A stretch of 23,805 bases of DNA, taken from Gemmatimonadota bacterium. Its GTDB lineage: Bacteria > Gemmatimonadota > Gemmatimonadetes > Longimicrobiales > RSA9. The notes under the pieces are model-generated. The model was given only the letters and a program-made list of their open reading frames with translations. It was not told where the DNA came from and did no database searches. The DNA lies in contig JBBDRO010000075.1 of NCBI GenBank assembly GCA_040905425.1, positions 1 to 23,805 of the forward strand, given 5' to 3'. Positions 1 to 8,330 of this stretch are shown here, one piece after another (position 1 is the first letter of the stretch; each line of letters opens with the position of its first letter). A program made the translations under genes and the position numbers.

Positions 1-1708
1 TGCTGATCTTGCGCGTTTTGCGGCCCACGTCCAGCACCGAGCCGTCCGCGCCGCGCGTGACCGCCACGGTGCTGCAGTCGCAGGTCAGCCTGCGGGCCGT
101 CTCCGCCGCCACCCGCGTGCCGTCGTCCAGGTGGCAGCGCTCTGGCTCCTGCCCCGCCGCGAGCGCCTGCTCCTCGGTGTGCAGCATGACCAGGAAGCGC
201 TCGGCGTTCGGGCTGATGGGGAGGGAGGAGGCCTTCGCGGGGGTCGGGGCCTCAGCGGTCGGGGGCTCGGTGGCCGCCGCCGATGTACCCTTCTGCGCCC
301 CCGTGTCCCATTGGGACATCTCGGCCGAAACGTTTCCGGTGGGCTCGACCGGTGAATTGGCCGCCACTTCCTCGGCCGCCACTTCCTGGTCCGCAACTTC
401 CTCGTCCGTCTCTCCCTTGGCCGCCTCTCCTACCTGCGCCGTCGTGTCCCATTCTGACATCTCGGCCGAAACGTCTCCGAGGGCTTCGGCCTGCTCCGGG
501 GCCCCGGCGTCGGTCTCCGTGTCCCAAACTGACATCTCGGCCGAAACGTCTCGGCGAGCTTCCGGCCCGGCTTCCGCCGCAGCCGCCCCCAGCCCCACCC
601 GCCCGTCCGTCTCCAGGTCACCCGTGCCCGCCGCCTTGGCCCGCTCCACCAGCATGAGCAGCGCGTCCGCCCGCCGCTGCTTGTCCGTCCGCCCGTCCTC
701 CTCACCCCTCTCACCCGTGACCGCCAGCCCGTACGCCTGCAGGGTACGCATCAGCATCAGCCCCTCCGCCGCCGGCAGCCGCGCGCGGAGCTGGACCGTG
801 CCCTCGGCCTCCGTCCAGATCACAACCTCACGCGCCTCCCAGCGGAGCCGCGCCAGCTCGCGCTCGTCCCGGGCGTTGTGCAGGCGCCAGCCACGCAGGA
901 AGACCTCCAGCTGGTCACCGCTGTAGGCGTACGCGTACTCGAGCAGCTCCGCCTCGTTCTCCGGCGTGGCCACGCGCGTGAGCGCCCGCACCTGGCTGAA
1001 GCTCAGTTCGCCGCCGGCCATGGCGGCGCTGATCCTGGGCAGCTTCTCCAGCGCCCGCGCCACGCGCACCCGCTCCCGGCAGGCGCCCGTGCTCATGCCG
1101 GTGCGGAAGGCCAGCCAGGCGGCGCAGTTGCGGAAGCCGCAGACCTCCCAGCCCTGGCGCCGGTCGAACTCGGCCAGCTTGACCAGCAGCTGGTACTCGG
1201 CCGCGTGGATGTGGGCGGCGATGGTGGCGATCTCGTTGCCGAGTTCCTCGAGCTCGTCGTTCTCGATGGCTTCGTGGTCGACGGGTTCATGGTCGAGGGC
1301 TTCGTGATCGGACTCCTGCTCCGGGGCCGCCGGATCCTCGACCGGATCGGCATCGGAAGCCGCCGGATCGTCGCGCGTGTCCCATTCTGACATCTCGGCC
1401 GAAACGTTTCTGAGGGGCTTGGCCGCGCCCGAGGCCCCGGCCGCATTCGCGAGGGCGCCGCTCGCCGGGCCCTGGTCCCGCTCCGACGTTTCGGCCGAAA
1501 CGTTTACGAACGCGTCGGCGGCCTCCGGCCCCACCAACACCGCTGCTTCGGGCGCCACTCTCTCCATCGCTACCCCCGCGGCCACCGATTCGTCCGGCTC
1601 GGCTTCATCCGAAATCAGTGTCCGCTCCCGGACCATCCATCCCTGCCCCCGCCGTCCGCTTAGCGCCCTGCGCTCCGCGTAGCTCACACCCTCCGCGCGT
1701 CCACCCAT
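1..1708 (-). CDS. DUF222 (13E12-repeat-like) domain protein, probably with a C-terminal HNH endonuclease; 3' end runs off the window
   Basis: Not in the ORF track because it has no stop in the window; translated by hand. ATG at 1708 follows an AGGAGG RBS and an in-frame TAG just upstream. Contains ELGNEIATIAAHIHAAEYQLLVKLAEFDRRQGW..CAAWLAFRTGMSTGACRERVRVARALEKLPRISAAMAGGELSFSQVRALTRVATPENE and ARRLTCDCSTVAVTRGADGSVLDVGRKTRKIS, which normally precedes the HNH domain in this family. Alternative starts at 1636 and 1567. Confidence 0.85.
   Translation of the reverse strand, partial: MGGRAEGVSYAERRALSGRRGQGWMVRERTLISDEAEPDESVAAGVAMERVAPEAAVLVGPEAADAFVNVSAETSERDQGPASGALANAAGASGAAKPLRNVSAEMSEWDTRDDPAASDADPVEDPAAPEQESDHEALDHEPVDHEAIENDELEELGNEIATIAAHIHAAEYQLLVKLAEFDRRQGWEVCGFRNCAAWLAFRTGMSTGACRERVRVARALEKLPRISAAMAGGELSFSQVRALTRVATPENEAELLEYAYAYSGDQLEVFLRGWRLHNARDERELARLRWEAREVVIWTEAEGTVQLRARLPAAEGLMLMRTLQAYGLAVTGERGEEDGRTDKQRRADALLMLVERAKAAGTGDLETDGRVGLGAAAAEAGPEARRDVSAEMSVWDTETDAGAPEQAEALGDVSAEMSEWDTTAQVGEAAKGETDEEVADQEVAAEEVAANSPVEPTGNVSAEMSQWDTGAQKGTSAAATEPPTAEAPTPAKASSLPISPNAERFLVMLHTEEQALAAGQEPERCHLDDGTRVAAETARRLTCDCSTVAVTRGADGSVLDVGRKTRKIS
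303..1506. repeat. Five dispersed ~34-bp direct repeats (303-336, 444-477, 519-552, 1377-1410, 1473-1506), consensus GTGTCCCATTCTGACATCTCGGCCGAAACGTYTC
   Basis: Read directly. All copies are in the same codon phase and encode (N/D)VSAE(M/T)S in the minus-strand gene. Copy 5 contains the perfect 18-bp palindrome ACGTTTCGGCCGAAACGT (1486-1503). Confidence 0.95.
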
Positions 1709-1992
1709 GCACCCCTCCTATGGCCAGTGGTCCCAACGACTTCTTGTAATATAAGGGGTGGTTTCTCGACTCTCTGGGTGGGCGCACAAGGGCAAATCTC
1801 GGGGGTCCCCATACGTCGAGGCTTCGTCAACGCGGCCATCGCGGTCAGAGACGTCCGCAGCCGTCCCCACTGGGCTTCCCGGAGCAGGTGCGAGAGCATC
1901 CCCACTACGAGTCCAAAAAATCAGTACATGGCAGGATGAGACAATTTCAAAAAACGGGTGGGCCAGTCCACTCAATGAACGACGAACTGGTC

Positions 1993-2062
1993 CCTCGCGC
2001 TAACCTCGCGCTAACCTCGCGCTAACCTCGCGCTAACCTCGCGCTAACCTCGCGCTAACCTC
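1993..2062. repeat. Perfect tandem repeat (CCTCGCGCTAA)x6 plus a partial unit
   Basis: Units start at 1993, 2004, 2015, 2026, 2037 and 2048; intergenic. Confidence 0.97.
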
Positions 2063-2173
2063 CGCGCCCCCGTACCTCACGCGCCTCACGCGCCCCTCCC
2101 CCGCCCACTTCGCCACACCAACCCGCCAACAGCCAATCACCTCGAACCACGAGGGGACAACTCCACACCAATC

Positions 2174-2449
2174 TCACCCGCCCCCCTCCTCCCGCGCGCG
2201 CAGCCGCCCCTCCAGCACGTCCCAGTCCCAGACCCCAGCCTCTCGCCACTGCTTCACATCCTCGTTGAATCCGCGGGTGAGCCGGAGCACGCGCTCATCC
2301 TCCCAGGCCTCATCCCGGGACAGACGATCCGCGGTCTCCTGGTAGGCCTTGTGCGCCGCCGAGCCGAGCGCCTCGCGCGGCTCCAGATGACGGTTCAGGT
2401 CACCGACGTCGCGGCGCAGAACTTCCAGATAATGCTCCCAGGCTGGCAC
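2174..2449 (-). CDS. Small hypothetical protein (~91 aa)
   Basis: GTG at 2449 has GGAGG 6 nt upstream. MPAWEHYLEVLRRDVGDLNRHLEP...WREAGVWDWDVLEGRL has typical coding composition, whereas the upstream extension in the ORF track is low-complexity. Confidence 0.65.
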   Translation of the reverse strand: MPAWEHYLEVLRRDVGDLNRHLEPREALGSAAHKAYQETADRLSRDEAWEDERVLRLTRGFNEDVKQWREAGVWDWDVLEGRLRAREEGGG

Positions 2450-2606
2450 GGGCGGCCTCCATGATGGCGGATTCGCGGTGGCGTGGATCCCGCGCCACTC
2501 CAGCGGCGCGACCCCGCCCGCCCTCCGGGGCGCAAGAGCCTCGCCAGCGCCTGAGCGGCCGGGGCCCGCCCCCCGCGCGGCTAAACGCCCGCCCCACCCA
2601 GCCACG

Positions 2607-2660
2607 CCGATCCCGCCGATCCCACCGATCCCACCGATCCCGCCGATCCCGCCGATCCCG
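2607..2660. repeat. Tandem 9-mer (CCGATCCCR)x6
   Basis: Six consecutive units, each containing GATC, between divergent starts at 2449 (-) and 2850 (+). Confidence 0.95.
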
Positions 2661-2849
2661 GCCCTCCCACCCACCCCGCCCGACCGCTCCGCCCCAACCA
2701 ACCGCCCTTGGACCGTCAGCCCCCACCCCCCTATATTTCCTCCAGCCGCGCCACGCCGCGCACCGGCTGGCGCAATCCGGCGGTTCGCCGCCCCTCAAGC
2801 ACGCAACCGATCCGCAGCCCCGACGGGCTCACTCCACCGGGAGAGATCC

Positions 2850-5800
2850 ATGCACTCCGGTCGCCCCACTATGTCCCCGCGCCGCCGCCTGGCGTTCGCC
2901 CTGCCCTTCCTGGTGCTGGCCGTGGCAGCGCCCACCGCCGCCCAGGAGCCCCCCGACAGCGCGGACGACAAGGAAGAAAACCCCGCCCAGGAGGGCCTCC
3001 CGCTGGAGCCCACCCGCACCATCCGCTTCACCACCACGGAAGGTTCGTGGATGAGCGTGGACATCAGCCCGGACGGGCAGACGCTGGTCTTCGACCTGAT
3101 CGGCGACCTCTACACCATGCCAGTCACCGGCGGCGTAGCCACGCCGCTCACGCGGGGCATGGCGGTAGACGCCCAACCGCGCTTCAGCCCGGACGGCACG
3201 AAGGTGGTCTTCACCTCGGACCGGAGCGGTGGGGAGGGCGTCTGGACCATCGCACTCGATAAGTCCGACACCACCCAGATCACCCGCGGCAAGGAGCAGA
3301 AGTACGACGGCCCCGAGTGGACGCCGGACGGCAACTACATCGTGGTCACGCGCGGCACCAAGCTGCACATGTACCACGTGGACGGCGGCAGCGGGCAGCA
3401 GCTCATCGAGGAGCCCGCCAACCTGCGCACCATGGGTGCGGCCTTCGGCGCGGACGACCGCTGGATCTGGTTCGCGCAGCGCACCGGCTCCTGGCAGTAC
3501 AACACCGCGCTGCCCGACTACCAGCTCGCGGTCTACGACCGGGAGACCGGCGCACGCAGCACCCGCAGCTCGCGCTGGGGCTCCGGCTTCCGTCCCACCC
3601 TCTCGCCCGACGGCAAGTGGCTGGTCTACGGCACGCGCTTCGACCAGCAGACGGGCCTGCGCATCCGGGACCTGGACACCGGCAACGAGCGCTGGCTGGC
3701 CTACCCGGTGCAGCGGGACGACCAGGAGTCGCGCGCCACGCTCGGCGTCTACCCCGGCATGACCTTCACGCCGGACTCGCGGGCGCTCATTGCCTTCTAC
3801 GGCGGCAAGCTCTGGCGCATCAACGTGGAGAGCGGCACCCAGACCGAGATCCCCTTCCAGGCGGAGGTGGTCCAGCACCTGGGCCCGCAGGTGGAGTTCG
3901 ACTATCCCATCGAGGACAGCCCCACCTTCACCGTGCGCCAGATCCGCGAGGCGGTGCCCTCGCCCGACGGCAACCGTCTGGCCTTCATCGCGCTGGACCG
4001 GCTGCACGTGATGGACTATCCCGACGGCCAGCCCCGCCGCGTGGCCGACGCGGGCGTGGTGCAGATGAATCCCAGCTGGTCGCCGGACGGCCAGTGGATT
4101 GCCTACGCCACCTGGAGTGACACGGAGGGTGGGCACGTCTGGCGCGCGCGCGCCGACGGCTCCGGCCAGGCGCAGCGCGTCTCCACCGATCCCGCGCTCT
4201 ACACGGACGTGGTCTGGGCGCCGGCGGAGAACCGCATCGTGGCCACCCGTGGCCCGACCGAGAGCTATGTGGAGGGGGAGAACCGCGGCCCCTCCGACTT
4301 CGTCTGGTTCCCCGCCAACGGCGGCGAGCCCACCGTCATCGCGCCCACCGAGGGGCGCAGCAACGTCCACTTCGTGGAGGGGAGTGACCGCCTCTGGCTG
4401 AGCCGCGGCGGCGGCCGGCTCGTGTCCATGCGCTGGGACGGTCTGGACGAGAAGGCGCACGTGCGCGCACAGGGCGGCGGCTCGGTGACCATGGCGCCGC
4501 GCGGCGACCAGGCGCTCACCACCTCCGGCAACCAGGTGTGGGTTTTCACCGTGCCCTACATCGGCGGGGCGGAGCCCCCCACGGTGAACCTGGAGAGCGC
4601 CAACTTCCCCGCCGAGCAGCTGAGCGAGATCGGGGGCCAGTTCGCCACCTGGGGTCGCGACGGCCGCAAAGTGCACTGGTCCATCGGCAACGCCCACGTG
4701 ATCTACGACCTGGACCGCGCCAAGGCATTCACGGACAGCCTGGAGGCCGCGGGAGAGCTGGAGCCCGAAGAGGAGCCCGCCGACACCGCGGACGCCCCCC
4801 CCGACTCGGCGGACGCGCCCCCCCGGCGCCGCGACCGGGACACACCCAAGTTCCAGCCCGACGAGACCCGCATCATCATCAGCGCCGAGCGGGACATCCC
4901 GCGGGGCGCGGCCGTGCTGCGCGGCGCGCGCGTCATCACCATGGGCCCGCGCGGCGTAATCGAGCGCGGGGACATCGTGGTGCAGGACAACCGTATCACC
5001 GCCGTAGGCCCCACCGGCCAGGTCCAGGTGCCCGACGGCGCGCGGGAGATCGACATGAGCGGGCGCACCATCGTACCCGGCTTCGTGGATACGCACGCGC
5101 ACCTACGCGCGCGGGGCGTGCACCGCACCCAGAGCTGGTCCTACGTGGCCAACCTGGCCTACGGCGTCACCACCACGCGCGACCCCCAGACCGGCACCAC
5201 CGACGTGCTCGACTACGAGGATCTGGTCAGGGCCGGGGAGGTGCTCGGCCCACGCATCTACAGCACCGGCCCGGGCGTCTTCAGCTCCGAGGACATCGAG
5301 GACCTGGACCACGCGCGCGAGGTGCTCAAACGCTACAGCGAGTACTACGACACCAAGACCATCAAGCAGTACGTAGCCGGCAACCGCGAGCAGCGCCAGT
5401 GGATCATCCAGGCGGCCAACGAGCAGCGCCTCATGCCCACCACGGAGGGCTCGCTGGACGCCGAGATGAGCCTCACCGAGGCCATCGACGGCTACAGCGG
5501 CCACGAGCACTCGTGGACCACCTTCCCCATGCACTCGGACCTCATCCGCTTTTACGCGGAGAGCGGCATTGTCTACACGCCCACCATCCTGGTGGCGTAC
5601 GGCGGGCCGTGGGCGGAGAACTACTTCTACGCCACCGAGGACGTGCACGATGACATGAAGCTGCGCCACTTCACGCCGCACGCGGAGATCGACAGCAAGA
5701 CCCTCCGTCGGAGCGCGGGCTGGTTCGCCGCCGAGGAGCACGTCTTCCCGCTCATCGGTGAGACGGTCAAGGACCTCGTGGAGGCGGGCGGGCGCGCGGG

Positions 5801-6161
5801 CGTGGGCAGCCACGGGCAGCTCCAGGGCCTGGGCTGGCACTGGGAGCTCTGGGCCATGGCCTCGGGCGGCCTCGATCCCATGGACGCCATGAAGGTGGCC
5901 ACCATCTTCGGCGCTGCGGCCATCGGTCTGGATCAGGACCTGGGCAGCATCGAGGCGGGCAAGCTGGCCGACCTGGTGGTGCTGGACGCCAATCCGCTGG
6001 AGAACGTCCGCAACTCCAACACGGTGGCCATGGTCATGAAGAACGGGCGGCTGTATGATGCGGCCACGCTGGCCGAGATCTACCCGCGCCAGACGCCCGC
6101 GCCCATTTTCTACTGGCACCGGGACGAGCCCACGAACGTCCGCGCCGGGATCGGCAACTGA
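2850..6161 (+). CDS. Secreted amidohydrolase-family protein with N-terminal PD40/TolB-like beta-propellers
   Basis: Signal peptide (..RRRLAFALPFLVLAVAAPTAA-Q), repeated SPDG/PD40 motifs, then PGFVDTHAH, YGVTT, TIKQY, GHEH and GSIEAGKLADLVVLDANPL. Start 2850 has a GGGAGAG RBS (2871 also possible); the 2478 start is a Pro-rich overextension. Confidence 0.9.
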   Translation: MHSGRPTMSPRRRLAFALPFLVLAVAAPTAAQEPPDSADDKEENPAQEGLPLEPTRTIRFTTTEGSWMSVDISPDGQTLVFDLIGDLYTMPVTGGVATPLTRGMAVDAQPRFSPDGTKVVFTSDRSGGEGVWTIALDKSDTTQITRGKEQKYDGPEWTPDGNYIVVTRGTKLHMYHVDGGSGQQLIEEPANLRTMGAAFGADDRWIWFAQRTGSWQYNTALPDYQLAVYDRETGARSTRSSRWGSGFRPTLSPDGKWLVYGTRFDQQTGLRIRDLDTGNERWLAYPVQRDDQESRATLGVYPGMTFTPDSRALIAFYGGKLWRINVESGTQTEIPFQAEVVQHLGPQVEFDYPIEDSPTFTVRQIREAVPSPDGNRLAFIALDRLHVMDYPDGQPRRVADAGVVQMNPSWSPDGQWIAYATWSDTEGGHVWRARADGSGQAQRVSTDPALYTDVVWAPAENRIVATRGPTESYVEGENRGPSDFVWFPANGGEPTVIAPTEGRSNVHFVEGSDRLWLSRGGGRLVSMRWDGLDEKAHVRAQGGGSVTMAPRGDQALTTSGNQVWVFTVPYIGGAEPPTVNLESANFPAEQLSEIGGQFATWGRDGRKVHWSIGNAHVIYDLDRAKAFTDSLEAAGELEPEEEPADTADAPPDSADAPPRRRDRDTPKFQPDETRIIISAERDIPRGAAVLRGARVITMGPRGVIERGDIVVQDNRITAVGPTGQVQVPDGAREIDMSGRTIVPGFVDTHAHLRARGVHRTQSWSYVANLAYGVTTTRDPQTGTTDVLDYEDLVRAGEVLGPRIYSTGPGVFSSEDIEDLDHAREVLKRYSEYYDTKTIKQYVAGNREQRQWIIQAANEQRLMPTTEGSLDAEMSLTEAIDGYSGHEHSWTTFPMHSDLIRFYAESGIVYTPTILVAYGGPWAENYFYATEDVHDDMKLRHFTPHAEIDSKTLRRSAGWFAAEEHVFPLIGETVKDLVEAGGRAGVGSHGQLQGLGWHWELWAMASGGLDPMDAMKVATIFGAAAIGLDQDLGSIEAGKLADLVVLDANPLENVRNSNTVAMVMKNGRLYDAATLAEIYPRQTPAPIFYWHRDEPTNVRAGIGN

Positions 6162-6171
6162 CCTCGTGTCC

Positions 6172-6655
6172 ATGCGCCCACTCCCCGGGTTCGGAGCCGC
6201 GGGGGGGGGGGGGGGGGGGGGGGGCGCTCCTGCTGAGCGCCTGCGGCCCGGACCCGGCCCCCGACTGCGCCGCCCCGGCCACCGTCGAGCAGATGATGGC
6301 CCACACGCTGACCGCCATGCTGGAGCTGGGCAGCCCCGCCGAGCGGGCCACGCCCACGCTGGACTGGGAAGCGCGCGCCATCCATTCGGGCCGGGACACG
6401 CTCTTCCTCGTCACGCGCGGGGACTCCCTCTACGCCGCCGAGGGGCGCAACAGCCCGCGGCAGCTCATGCTCATTGCCATGAGCCCCGAGCTGATCTATG
6501 CCGACGAGGCGGCCGGCAGCTGGGAATGCCGCGCCGTGGTGGACGCCCGCCAGGGCGTGGCCATCCCCATCCGCTACACCTCCACGCGGAACGCGCAGGG
6601 AGAGCACGTGGTGCGCGGCTCGCTCAAGGGCGCGGAGCGGGAGATCGTGTTCTAA
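6172..6655 (+). pseudogene. Lipoprotein gene frameshifted at a G24 tract in its signal peptide; paralog of 6742-7218
   Basis: ATG 6172 (MRPLPGFGAA) is out of frame by one base with the lipobox-bearing ALLLSAC-GPDPAPDCAAPATVEQMMAH..., which continues to TAA 6655. Confidence 0.7.
6201..6224. repeat. Homopolymer G24
   Basis: 24 consecutive G. Confidence 0.95.
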
Positions 6656-6741
6656 GCGACGTCCCACTCATCCATCCTCCGCGCCTCGCACACCCCGGCG
6701 CGGAGCGTTACTCTGTCCGCACCTCTAACCGAATGACGAGC

Positions 6742-7218
6742 ATGCGCGCGACCGTTACGGTTCCCACAGCAGCCCTCCTCCTCCTGGCCGCCTGCGGCGG
6801 CGGCGTCCCCGTGGCGCCCGACTGCACCGACCCGGCCACCGTGGAACGCGCGCTGGCCAACGTGTTCGTGGCCGTCAACCAACGTGGTGCCAGCACCCTG
6901 GGCGGGCAGGCGCAGGCCAACCTGCAGGAGGGCTTCGTGACCACCGGCGCCGACACCATGCGCTTTCACGCGGCCGGCGACACCCTGATGGTACGGTCCG
7001 CCGCGGACAGCGTGGCCCGGCCAGGCCTCATCCTGCGGGACATCCGCACCACCGCCACCGAGGAAGCGGCGGGCGCCTTCCGTTGCGCGGCCACGCTCGA
7101 GGCCCCCCTCTGGGGCGGCGACGCGCGCCCCATCGAATACCTGAGCATCATCTCCCCCGATGACGAGCACGTCGTCACCGGGCAGGTCCTGGGTGATACC
7201 GAGCCGATCCCGTTCTAG
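6742..7218 (+). CDS. Hypothetical lipoprotein
   Basis: MRATVTVPTAALLLLAAC lipobox; shares motifs with the upstream ORF. ATG 6733 is an alternative start. Confidence 0.8.
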   Translation: MRATVTVPTAALLLLAACGGGVPVAPDCTDPATVERALANVFVAVNQRGASTLGGQAQANLQEGFVTTGADTMRFHAAGDTLMVRSAADSVARPGLILRDIRTTATEEAAGAFRCAATLEAPLWGGDARPIEYLSIISPDDEHVVTGQVLGDTEPIPF

Positions 7219-7346
7219 GCGGCCGCTCCCACATCACTCTGGCCCCGCGCGGCGCGGGAAGGTAGCGTTGGGATGCGCATCGCCGAGGGCGGTGCTCGAG
7301 GGGCCGCCACGACGGCGCTCCCGCCACTCCGACGAAGGAGTACATC

Positions 7347-8000
7347 ATGAAGCGTTTGCTGACACTGGCCGCCATGGTGGCGGTATTCACGCCCGGCTTC
7401 GCCGCGGCGCAGGCCTGCATCGGGGTCCCCACCATGGGCGGATAGTTCGCCGTGACGGGTAAGGTCGGTTTCCCGGAGAACGCCAAGTCCTACAGCGGAG
7501 AAGTCACGGCGGACCTGGTGGGCCCCCTCTCGCTCGGCGCCGGCTTCGGCATCACCAAGATCGACGACGTGGACGAGAACGTCACCACGTTCGGTGGCCA
7601 GGCCGCGTACGAGGTCTCCGGGACGTCGTTTTCCGCCTGCCCGGTGGTGGGCGCCGAATACAGCACGTGGAGTGACACCTTCAGCGGTGTCGACGTGGAC
7701 GTCAATCAGCTCGTGATCCCGGTGGGCGTGGGCATCGGCACCACGCTCGCGGCCGGGTCCAACACGGATGTGGTGCTGTTCGCCGTACCGCAGTTCCTCC
7801 ACATCCGCTCGAGCGTGGAAGCGTCGGAGGGCAACGTATCCTTCGAGGACAGCGACTCGGACAACGAGTTCGGCGCCGAGGCTGGCGCCCGCTTCGTCTT
7901 CGGTTCCATCTTCGCCGGGGCCGGCGTGTTCATGACCAGCATCGAGGATGACGATCCCACCTTCAACCTGGCGGTGGGTCTGACCTTCGGCGGCCGCTGA
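7347..8000 (+). pseudogene. Small outer-membrane beta-barrel-like protein with one in-frame TAG at codon 33 (7443-7445)
   Basis: AAGGAG RBS, signal peptide MKRLLTLAAMVAVFTPGFAAA-Q, then ACIGVPTMGG*FAVTGKVGF in the same frame as ORF 7452-8000. Alternating amphipathic strands and a C-terminal FNLAVGLTF beta-signal-like strand. Confidence 0.75.
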
Positions 8001-8023
8001 TACCGTCAGCGTAGCCGCCACAC

Positions 8024-8064
8024 CGATGCCCCCCGATCCACCGCGGATCGGGGGGCGTTGCTTT
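8024..8064 (+). terminator. Intrinsic terminator-like hairpin
   Basis: GCCCCCCGATCC-accgc-GGATCGGGGGGC (12-bp stem) followed by GTTGCTTT, ~25 nt after the stop at 8000. Confidence 0.75.
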
Positions 8065-8330
8065 GCCGTATGCCGCCTCCGGGCAACCCTACGGCCGCTC
8101 GGGACGTCATACTCAGAGAAGGCAGCAACGAGGCCTTCACTCCTTGGCGGGAAGGACCGGGCACAGCGTTCTGGTAACCACTCCCGACGCATCGCGCGCC
8201 AGGCGCTGTGTCCCGGCTCCGCCCGGAGGCCCCCACCGCTCCCGCTCCCGCCGCTTCCGCCGTTGACGTCCGCCGCGCCGCGCCTCCATCTTGAAGCCGT
8301 GCCGTCCCCCTTCCCCGTACTCAGCGAATC

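Noticed and set aside
303..1506. CRISPR array from the 34-bp repeats
   Set aside because: Spacing is irregular (141, 75, 858 and 96 bp), the repeats lie in frame in a coding gene, and there are no cas genes.
9..1682. Plus-strand ORFs 9-926, 878-1390 and 1377-1682
   Set aside because: Antisense shadows of the minus-strand DUF222 gene in GC-rich DNA.
2478..2849. Pro-rich N-terminal extension of the amidohydrolase
   Set aside because: It would bury the signal peptide; the RBS supports a start at 2850.
6055..7218. 387-aa ORF as a single gene
   Set aside because: It joins an off-frame reading of the first lipoprotein to the second, which has its own lipobox.
7443..7445. Genome-wide TAG reassignment or pyrrolysine
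   Set aside because: Several genes here terminate at TAG and no pyl genes are in the window.
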